The notes under the pieces are model-generated. The model worked only from the letters and a program-made list of their open reading frames with translations. It was not told the origin of the DNA and made no database searches. From NCBI GenBank assembly GCA_963762565.1, contig CAVXLD010000014.1, forward strand, positions 1 through 64,000: DNA of 64,000 nucleotides, given 5' to 3'. The stretch is from an uncultured Verrucomicrobiae bacterium. Its GTDB lineage: Bacteria; Verrucomicrobiota; Verrucomicrobiia; Chthoniobacterales; JAFAMB01. Positions 56,821 to 64,000 of this stretch are shown here, piece after piece. The translations under genes were made by a program, and so were the position numbers. Every line of letters begins with the position of its first letter. Position 1 is the first letter of the stretch.

Positions 56821-56882
56821 GCGGCAGCCGAACAAGTACCGCAAGGCAGCTAAGAGGTACCGCCGCGGCCAAATCCAAAAGC

Positions 56883-57197
56883 AACCGCGAATGCACACGA
56901 ATGGACGCGAAGACAAGATAAATCCAACCGCAGATGGACGTGGATTTACGCAGATAAAATCGGCGGAGAAATTTGGCTCATTTTGGCCGTTGCACACCGA
57001 GATCGCTAGTGGACCTCGCGCGAAGAACAAATGAGCATGATCCAGAAACCTACAACCGGCACTTTTGAGTGAGCGTAATCGAAGGCGATATTATCTGCGT
57101 CAATCTGCGTTCATCTGCGGTTCGTTTGGTTCTCTTTTTGAGCCGCATTCATCTGCGGTTTGCCTTGTTTCGTGTGCTTTCGTGTCCATTCGCGGTT
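56883..57197. repeat. Nested inverted 9-mer arrays (CGAATG outer, CGCAGAT inner)
   Basis: aaccgcgaatgcacacgaatggacgcgaa / ttcgtgtccattcgcggtt; aaccgcagat...acgcagataa / ttatctgcgt...atctgcggtt. Confidence 0.82.
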
Positions 57198-57272
57198 TCC
57201 ATTGAGGTACTCTTGGGGCGACGATTCCGAAAATCGCCTTGACCGAGTGCCGAAGTCTGATTAGGCGGCACT

Positions 57273-58073
57273 ATGAAAAGTTTGTGCCTCGCGTTGTTCG
57301 TTGTGGCGATGCTCTCCCAAGTGCAGGCAGGCCTGGTGACGAAAACAGTCTCTTACAAGCAAGGTGATACGGAACTTAAGGGCTATCTGGCTTACGACGA
57401 TTCCGTAACAAGTGATAAGAAGGCCCCGGGAGTCTTGGTTTTCCCGGAGTGGTGGGGACTGACCGATTTCGTCAAAGGAAGGGCGGATGCACTGGCGAAG
57501 CTCGGATATGTGGCATTTGCCGCTGATATGTACGGCAATGGTGTGGCTGTGCCACCGAGCGATCACGATAAAGCAAAAGAGCTGATGACCGCGGTCGCCG
57601 GAAAACCAAGCATGGGCGCGAGGGTGCAAGCAGCGTACGATCAGTTAAGCAAGACCGGTCTGGTTGATGATTCCAAAGTTGCCGCCATCGGTTTTTGCTT
57701 TGGTGGTGCTTGCTCACAATTGTTGGCGTATAGCGGCGCCCCCTTAAAAGGGATCGTCAGCTTTCATGGCGGGCTGATACCGGCGTCGTCCGACGCCGCC
57801 AAAAAGAACCAGGCGAAATTTTTAATTCTTCAAGGCGAACTAGATCCGCTGGTGCCGGAGGCTGCGCGGGCGGCATTTAAAAAATCGATGGATGAGGGCA
57901 AGTTTGATTACCAGTTCCTTAGTTATTCTGGTGCCGTCCATGCATTTATGAACCCGGACGCGGATAAAGCGCGGGCTGCCGGTTTGGATGGGGTTGGTTA
58001 TGATCCTGAAGTGGCTGCGCGCGCCTGGGCGCAAATGCAGCTGTTCTTCAAGGAAATCTTCGGGCAATCATGA
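57273..58073 (+). CDS. Exported dienelactone hydrolase family protein
   Basis: Signal peptide; PEWWGL, ADMYG, GFCFGG nucleophile, SFHG, HAF. Confidence 0.93.
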   Translation: MKSLCLALFVVAMLSQVQAGLVTKTVSYKQGDTELKGYLAYDDSVTSDKKAPGVLVFPEWWGLTDFVKGRADALAKLGYVAFAADMYGNGVAVPPSDHDKAKELMTAVAGKPSMGARVQAAYDQLSKTGLVDDSKVAAIGFCFGGACSQLLAYSGAPLKGIVSFHGGLIPASSDAAKKNQAKFLILQGELDPLVPEAARAAFKKSMDEGKFDYQFLSYSGAVHAFMNPDADKARAAGLDGVGYDPEVAARAWAQMQLFFKEIFGQS

Positions 58074-58657
58074 GCGGCCTGAAGCGAGCGAGAACGAGCG
58101 AGAACGCCGGGAGCGGAGCGACCGATATAGCGATCAGACGCGCTCTCTTGATTGCGTTGACGGCGATCACGACTATGACGGCGTTGATAACGGGTTGTGC
58201 GTCGAGCTCCGGCGGTTCCGGAGAGGCGACCGCAAGTGGCCAAGGCCGGCCTGTCTACAGCCCTGTCCAGAATGAGCAGTTTGCCGTCACCAACGTAGAC
58301 CTATCTGCGATTCTCCTGGACAACCAGAAGTATGCGCGCTGGACCTTCGGTCTAAGAATGAAACAGCCGCTGCAACTCCGATCAATTCGAGTTGAAGATG
58401 TTACCGAAGGAACGCCGGTTCTACTTGTTAATGATCAAGCACCGCAACCTCAAGGGAGTGCCTGGACGGGTTACACTGGGGCGATAGAACCGACCGCCGC
58501 TTCAATCCCGTGGCTGTTTGATAGCAATCCCGCCAAACGAACATTTCGTTTGACAGTCACGGATCTAAACGGGCAGGACTCGGTCTTAGAGCAGACCGTC
58601 ACTTACCCTGTGAAAACGAAAAAGGAACTGATCAAATGGTACGGCTTTAGCGCATAG
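58070..58657 (+). CDS. Hypothetical lipoprotein
   Basis: LITGC lipobox-like motif after a hydrophobic stretch; ATGA overlap with the upstream gene. Confidence 0.65.
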   Translation: MSGLKRARTSENAGSGATDIAIRRALLIALTAITTMTALITGCASSSGGSGEATASGQGRPVYSPVQNEQFAVTNVDLSAILLDNQKYARWTFGLRMKQPLQLRSIRVEDVTEGTPVLLVNDQAPQPQGSAWTGYTGAIEPTAASIPWLFDSNPAKRTFRLTVTDLNGQDSVLEQTVTYPVKTKKELIKWYGFSA

Positions 58658-58883
58658 CCTCTATGGGCCGGCTGCTGAGGTCATTCTGTACGGGCATGAC
58701 ATCGTTTTGGTCGTCAGCAGCCGACTGAGGCGTTTGGCCGGTGTTTCCGGTTTCGGTATCGCTACAGCTCAGTTGCACCAGGGCTGCCAGTCCAATTAGT
58801 AACAGTTTCAACTTCATAGGCTTCCAGCTTCTCCGGCGGAGTGAGTCTCGCTTTCTAGGCTCAACCTAAGCGACAAAACAGAA

Positions 58884-59041
58884 AATAATATCCGCAGATT
58901 ACACAGATTACGCAGATTTCGGTTCAAAGACGGAGACTGCCGGCAAGATGAGTGCCTTATTGCGCCTAGTCTCGCGGTTTTCCTTAACCGAACGTATATC
59001 GCATCCCCAAAACGAAATCTGCGAAATCTGCGGATATTATT
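58884..59041. repeat. Inverted pair of CGCAGATTA 9-mer arrays
   Basis: aataatatccgcagattacacagattacgcagatttc / gaaatctgcgaaatctgcggatattatt. Confidence 0.85.
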
Positions 59042-59067
59042 CGTCCGAGAAAGTCTGCGGATCCGCA

Positions 59068-59706
59068 CTAAAAGGCGACGCGTCCTGACTTGAGTTCGAC
59101 CTTTGTTGAGGTGACTCCGATTTCATCAAGGTGCCGGCTCAACGCCGCACTAAATTCTTCTTGGGATGCGTTGGCTCCCACCTCACTGAGGCTATCTTCG
59201 ATGACCTTCTTCACGGTTTCATCGTAATGCTCCACTTTGATCGCCTTGGAGGTGTCGGTGATTTTCCAGGAGACGTCCGCAGTCGCGGATCGCATGCCGG
59301 CAAACGGGTGTTGAACCGTGCTCTTATGTGTGTGCAGTGAAACTTTGCGCCGAGAAAGGAATGGATTTGTCCAGACCAGGCCCCCGCCGCGAATAGTGCC
59401 GAGGTAGCGTCCGTGGGACGACAGAACCAACGCCTGATCGGAGCGGAATAGCCGGAATCCGCGAGAAACCACCACAACGATTAGGAGCAGGGCAACCCCT
59501 AAAAATAAACCGATGGTGATCGGAGCTGCTGAGACAGAACCGCCTTCGACGGAGCCACCGCTCAGCCGCGTGAGCGCAACTGTGAAGATCGAGCCTAATG
59601 CCAGGAAGACCAGGACGACTTCGGCAATGGCAACGATCGGACCTTGAATAAAAAAACCCTTCTTTTCAGTCGGGCCTGCGGGGGGAACTTGGAGAGGCAC
59701 CTGCAT
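59068..59706 (-). CDS. Short SPFH/Band-7-like membrane protein
   Basis: Two TM segments, then GRYLGT...GLVWTNPF..RRKVSL...WKITDTSKA; lacks the C-terminal coiled coil. Confidence 0.6.
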   Translation of the reverse strand: MQVPLQVPPAGPTEKKGFFIQGPIVAIAEVVLVFLALGSIFTVALTRLSGGSVEGGSVSAAPITIGLFLGVALLLIVVVVSRGFRLFRSDQALVLSSHGRYLGTIRGGGLVWTNPFLSRRKVSLHTHKSTVQHPFAGMRSATADVSWKITDTSKAIKVEHYDETVKKVIEDSLSEVGANASQEEFSAALSRHLDEIGVTSTKVELKSGRVAF

Positions 59707-59779
59707 AAATGGGTAATGCTTTTGCTTCTAACCATGCGTAAGGACCGTTCTGTTTACAAGCGGTTTACGGGTTTAATTG

Positions 59780-60499
59780 TTAGAAGTTGTTCCTAAGGTA
59801 GATAGCGTCGATCTCTTTGCCCGTCGAGGCGATCTGCTGGCACAACTTTTCGTAGTCGGCCTGTGTCTTTTGATCAGTAAAATAGGGCTTAGTTGAATTC
59901 CACGTCTTCCAGTTTTGATCGAAAAAGGTGAGCAACTGACGGTGGTATCCAACGTAAGTCGTTAACAGATCGTCTTTCTTGGAAATATCATCCCACGGGA
60001 AACTGCTGATGATCTCTTTCCGGATCGCCGTGGCAAGCTGCGGTGCAATATGTTCGTTGGCTACTAACGCGGTTTCCAAGTCTTGGCTGGCATTCCCATA
60101 GAGCTTCGCAGTCTCATCGCGGCTTTGTTGAAACTGGTCAGCTAGCTTTTGCCAATTCTGGATTTCGTCCTTGTTGGCAAAGTTGTTCGGGTCAAAGCGG
60201 TCCTGCTTCTCAAAATAGCCAAGCCGCATCCGAAGATCCTTCTCTTGACCAATAATCTTGCTCATCACCTTGTCGGTCGCGTTTCCGATGCGGTCCTTCA
60301 GAGTAGCCATAACCGCATCGTATCTCGCTTTTTTGTCCGCGGCGGATTCGTTTGAGGGCGAGCCCCTCTGGGCGGGCGATGGGCTGGGCGAAAGGTTTCG
60401 TCGGGCGCCGGGAAGTGAAGGCGATAAGAGCGGTGTCTGAGCTAAACCTTGGGTGCCTAGGCAAACCAAGCCAGCAAGAACGATTGAGTAGGAGCGCAT
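59780..60499 (-). CDS. Exported hypothetical protein (paralog A)
   Basis: Signal peptide, Pro/Ser linker, helical domain similar to the neighbouring gene. Confidence 0.75.
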   Translation of the reverse strand: MRSYSIVLAGLVCLGTQGLAQTPLLSPSLPGARRNLSPSPSPAQRGSPSNESAADKKARYDAVMATLKDRIGNATDKVMSKIIGQEKDLRMRLGYFEKQDRFDPNNFANKDEIQNWQKLADQFQQSRDETAKLYGNASQDLETALVANEHIAPQLATAIRKEIISSFPWDDISKKDDLLTTYVGYHRQLLTFFDQNWKTWNSTKPYFTDQKTQADYEKLCQQIASTGKEIDAIYLRNNF

Positions 60500-60511
60500 T
60501 TTCTTGGGGGA

Positions 60512-61234
60512 TTAACGAGTCATGGCGACGTATTCTTCTTCGAGCTGGTGCCCGGTGGACACAATCTCTTCGCGAAGCTTATTATAAGCTGTTCCTAGGG
60601 ACGCTGACTGGAAAACAGGCTTGCCATCTTTGCCCGCCGGCCCCCAACTACCCCAATTTTTTTGGTAGAAGTCCAATAGCTTCTGGTGTTCTTCAGCGTA
60701 CTGCATCAGCAGAGAACTTTTCCGATTAATGGTTTCCCAGGGGAATGCTCCCAGCAAGATGGTTTTGAACTTGGACACGATCACCGGATCGACAGGAACC
60801 TTAGAGTTCCGCACCTCAGCATCGAAGTTCTTTTCCAAGCCCCGATAAAGGCCATTGACCTCGTTGGCTTTGTCTTTGAACTGTTGCAACAAGGTTCGCC
60901 ATTGATTGATCTCGTCAGCCGACGCGTAAGAGTTTGGATCGAGCCTGGCCGGTTTCTCTAAGAAGCTAAGGCGATGATATAGGTCGTTCTCTTCGACTTG
61001 GATCTGTCCGCAAAGTTTATTGCCTGCGGTTTGCAGGGTGGTCTTCTCGGCTTCAATAACTCTCTTTTGAGCCTCAGAAACCGATGCGCTGGGAGACGGA
61101 GCGGCGGAGGCGTGATCCATCGCGGACACAGCAGGGGCTTTGAGCATTGATTTCGCGTCTTGCCCCATGGCCCCAGAGCTGGCCCCAAAGAGTACGCTTA
61201 CGAGAATCCGCAGATACAGCGAGTACGACCTCAT
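60512..61234 (-). CDS. Exported hypothetical protein (paralog B)
   Basis: MRSYS start as in paralog A; shares EK..R.DPN and FPW..I..K..LL motifs. Confidence 0.75.
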   Translation of the reverse strand: MRSYSLYLRILVSVLFGASSGAMGQDAKSMLKAPAVSAMDHASAAPSPSASVSEAQKRVIEAEKTTLQTAGNKLCGQIQVEENDLYHRLSFLEKPARLDPNSYASADEINQWRTLLQQFKDKANEVNGLYRGLEKNFDAEVRNSKVPVDPVIVSKFKTILLGAFPWETINRKSSLLMQYAEEHQKLLDFYQKNWGSWGPAGKDGKPVFQSASLGTAYNKLREEIVSTGHQLEEEYVAMTR

Positions 61235-61280
61235 TAGAAAGAGCCTTTCTCTTAGTTTTAAGAGTAGAAGCAAGGGAAAA

Positions 61281-61614
61281 AGGAGCTAGGAGCTAGAATC
61301 TAGGAGCTAGGAGTTAAGAGATTGGTCGCAGTTTTGGTGGGGCGAGGCTCCCGAATAGCCCGGCGAATGAACCGAAGGCGCACCGCAAGAACGCTGAGAG
61401 ATGACTTAGTAGGCCGATAGACGCGCCGAGCCGTTGCCCACGATAGACCACGGCTCGGCGCGATTTAAGGCCCAACAAATGGTGCGGGCTAGCCTTACCT
61501 ACCGCTTTGCTCTAACCTTTGGATTGTTCGGGAGCCTCGCCCCACCAAGGACGAGGACGATTACGCCCCCCTGGCACGCGCCTCCTAGCTCCTAGATTCT
61601 AGCTTCCAGCTCCT
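61281..61614. repeat. AGGAGCT heptamer inverted pair enclosing a REP pair (GGTGGGGCGAGGCTCCCG)
   Basis: 61281-61315 pairs with 61582-61614; perfect 22-bp inverted repeat 61334-61355/61527-61548; the same heptamer array is at 18885-18918. Confidence 0.85.
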
Positions 61615-61669
61615 TCAGTATTGACCTCTGGTTGCGAAGTAACCGATGCTCTGCTAGCCAAGATCTCCA

Positions 61670-63175
61670 ATGCCCTCCATCCTAAAGATCCAAGGCATTT
61701 CTAAGCACTTTCCCGGTGTCCGGGCGTTACAGGAGGTTTCTTTCGAGGTCGAGGAGGGCGCTATCCACGCCGTCATGGGCGAAAATGGCGCCGGCAAGAG
61801 TACCTTGATGCAGGTGATTGCAGGGGTTCACCAGCCGGACGCCGGCGAACTCGAGCTCTTCGGCGAAAAAGTCCGATTTACTAACCCGGCAGAGGCGCAG
61901 GCCAAAGGGATCGCCATCGTTTACCAGGAACTCAACCTCGCCCAGAACCTGTCAATCGCGGAAAATATCTTTCTGGGTTCCGAACCTCGCACGGCCGGGG
62001 TGTTCCTGGATCGAGCTAAGCTGCGGGACGGGACGTTCAAAGTCTTCCAACGTCTCGGTATTCACTTTGACCCGGACACGATTGTTCAGAATTTGACCGT
62101 CGCCCAGCAGCAACTGATAGAAATCTGCAAAAGTTTGATCCGAAATCCGCGCTTGCTGATTCTGGATGAACCCACGTCGAGCCTTTCTGAGGTCGAATCG
62201 GCCATTCTCTTTCGGGTGATTGCTGACCTTCAGGCGCATGGGGTTACGATTGTTTATATTTCTCACCGGCTGCCGGAAGTGTTTTCGCTTTGCCAAGTCT
62301 TGACCGTCTTACGCGACGGGAAACATGTCCGGACGGTTAAGACCAGTGAGACCACCGAGGCCGAGGCAGTCCGAATGATGGTTGGGCGCGAGCTACTGGC
62401 TTTTCATCGAACTCCGGTCGAGTCGAAGGGCGAGGTGGTGCTGCGCGTCGAAGATCTGACCCGGAAGGGTCAATATGAAGGAATTACGTTCGAGGTTCGG
62501 CGAGGGGAGATCGTCGCACTGGCTGGGCTGATCGGCGCCGGCCGAACCGAGATGGCGCTAGGTATCTTTGGATCGCCTCCACCGGACCGAGGTCAAGTCT
62601 GGTTGAAAGGCAAGAAGGCGGTCTTCCGCCAACCAAAGTCTGCGGTGAATGCCGGGGTCGCTTATGTTCCTGAGGACCGAAAAACCATGGGCCTCATTCT
62701 TGGAGCTGGGGTAGGGACTAACATTTCTAGTGCGGCGCTGCGACGGTTGGCCCGTGGTCCGTTCGTAGATCGAGGCGCCGAGGATCGCTTGATTGGGAAA
62801 TATGTGGATCGACTGCGAGTACGGACCCCGAGCTTTGATCAAAGGACCGGGCTGCTGAGCGGAGGAAACCAACAGAAAGTTTTGCTGGCAAAGTGGTTGG
62901 CGGTTCAGCCCGCTATACTCATCGTGGACGAGCCAACCCGCGGAGTCGATATCGGCACCAAGGCGGAGATCTACGCGTTGTTCGAAGAACTTGTTCACGA
63001 CGGTATGGGGATTTTGGTGATTTCCAGCGACCTACCGGAAGTTCTCGCGTTGGCCGATCGTATTTTGATCATGCGTCACGGTCGCCTGACTGGCCAAGTC
63101 GATCGAGCCGAAGCCACGGAAGAGAAGGTGATGCATCTGGCGGCGCTGGGGGTGGCGGAAGCGAACGGTGATTAG
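61670..63175 (+). CDS. Sugar ABC transporter ATP-binding protein (RbsA-like, two ATPase domains)
   Basis: GENGAGKSTL, LDEPTSSL, GLIGAGRTE, LSGGNQQK, DEPTRGVD. Confidence 0.95.
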   Translation: MPSILKIQGISKHFPGVRALQEVSFEVEEGAIHAVMGENGAGKSTLMQVIAGVHQPDAGELELFGEKVRFTNPAEAQAKGIAIVYQELNLAQNLSIAENIFLGSEPRTAGVFLDRAKLRDGTFKVFQRLGIHFDPDTIVQNLTVAQQQLIEICKSLIRNPRLLILDEPTSSLSEVESAILFRVIADLQAHGVTIVYISHRLPEVFSLCQVLTVLRDGKHVRTVKTSETTEAEAVRMMVGRELLAFHRTPVESKGEVVLRVEDLTRKGQYEGITFEVRRGEIVALAGLIGAGRTEMALGIFGSPPPDRGQVWLKGKKAVFRQPKSAVNAGVAYVPEDRKTMGLILGAGVGTNISSAALRRLARGPFVDRGAEDRLIGKYVDRLRVRTPSFDQRTGLLSGGNQQKVLLAKWLAVQPAILIVDEPTRGVDIGTKAEIYALFEELVHDGMGILVISSDLPEVLALADRILIMRHGRLTGQVDRAEATEEKVMHLAALGVAEANGD

Positions 63176-63360
63176 TGATTGGTGATTAGTGATTGGTGGC
63201 GATCCAAATCGCCTGGAAATCCTCGTGGGTTAGCTCCAGGTTCCCGCATCGCGCAGAAAGACCCGAATTGTTCGACAACCAACGTGGGTTATTCGGGGAG
63301 CCGGTCCCGACCAATCACTAATCACTAATCACCATCACTAATCACTAATCACCTCTCACT
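63167..63360. repeat. GTGATTR-heptamer-bounded element (copy 1)
   Basis: Inverted heptamer arrays around a ~115-bp core homologous to the reverse complement of 63841-63960. Confidence 0.85.
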
Positions 63361-63780
63361 ATGCAGTGGCTACTCTGGGCTCTTTTTTCCGCGCTTTTTG
63401 CCGGGCTGACGGCGGTGTTCGCAAAGATCGGGGTTGTGTCCATCAACTCAAATCTGGCGACAGCGATTCGCACCTCTATTATCGTGGTCATTACTTGGGG
63501 TATTGCGCTGAGCACTTCGCGAGTTGGTGACGTGCTTCGGTTGCCGGCGCGGTCCTGGTTGTTTCTATTTCTATCAGCGATTGCGACTGGTCTTTCGTGG
63601 CTTTGCTATTTCCGGGCTTTGCAGCTCGGTGAAGTGGCCAAAGTGGCTCCGATTGACAAGCTCAGCGTCGTGGTTGCCATCGTTATTTCGGTGCTCTTTC
63701 TAGGGGAGCGGCTCTCTGCTCGAGAAAGTTTCGGGGTAGTTCTGATTGTGTGCGGAGCGCTTTTTCTGGCGTGGAAGTAG
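63361..63780 (+). CDS. Single-domain EamA/DMT transporter
   Basis: SALFAGLTAVFAKIG, SNLATAIRT, ATGLSWLCYFRALQ.G...VAPIDKLS. Confidence 0.92.
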   Translation: MQWLLWALFSALFAGLTAVFAKIGVVSINSNLATAIRTSIIVVITWGIALSTSRVGDVLRLPARSWLFLFLSAIATGLSWLCYFRALQLGEVAKVAPIDKLSVVVAIVISVLFLGERLSARESFGVVLIVCGALFLAWK

Positions 63781-63813
63781 GGGCGGATTGGTAGGGCGAG
63801 GCTCCCGCAAGAA

Positions 63814-63987
63814 AGTGATTGGTGATTGGTGACTGGTGATTCGTTGGGGACAACGCCCGAGATTCACGATGTTTTCCCGAACGACTTTGGGGTCTCCTGG
63901 CGCGGTGCAAGAACCTGAGACTAACGCACAAGGATTTCCAGGCGATCCAGTCGCCACCAATCACCAATCACTAATCACTAATCACCA
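63814..63987. repeat. GTGATTR-heptamer-bounded element (copy 2, inverted relative to copy 1)
   Basis: Core shares tggtggcga...atcgcctggaaatcct.gtg.gttag...caggttc...agaccc with copy 1. Confidence 0.85.
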
Positions 63988-64000
63988 TTTCTTCTCTGGG

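Noticed and set aside
1..64000. tRNA, rRNA, integrase, prophage or full-length IS
   Set aside because: None recognised by eye or in the ORF track; a tRNAscan or Rfam run could still reveal small RNAs.

Overview
A 64-kb bacterial chromosomal window of moderately high GC. The gene content (fused SecDF, orphan exported proteins) suggests a soil Verrucomicrobiota/Chthoniobacterales-like organism; that assignment is inference. In order: FixJ-type and sigma-54 response regulators with a ring-cleavage dioxygenase and esterase; an MscS-cNMP channel; a pgl-rpiB-tkt-HAD-ndh-sugar porter cluster; a LysR with an OMF/YtcA/MdtN/MdtO efflux system; a ~25-kb cobalamin locus (divergent pduX, a B12 riboswitch, then bluB-cobT, cobS, cobU, cobD, cobQ, cbiB, cobO, cobB, cbiE, cbiX-cbiC, cbiD, cbiL, cbiF, cbiG, cbiH-cbiJ, cobW, cobN, a chlD-like gene); a VapBC-type TA pair; MFS, secDF, yajC and pit; several hypotheticals; a sugar ABC ATPase and an EamA gene. 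The most striking layer is a dense set of small repeats: several REP/REPIN-like palindrome families, a 299-bp CTAG-bounded MITE, and 6-, 7-, 8- and 9-mer tandem arrays that often occur as inverted pairs. These repeats nest inside each other at recurrent sites, sit at gene boundaries, and are translated in frame inside several cob proteins. One 7-mer array (8 units) puts cobN out of frame by exactly one unit. This is a candidate phase-variable switch of the late cobaltochelatase in an operon that also encodes the early chelatase CbiX. I found no transposase, CRISPR array, rRNA or tRNA.
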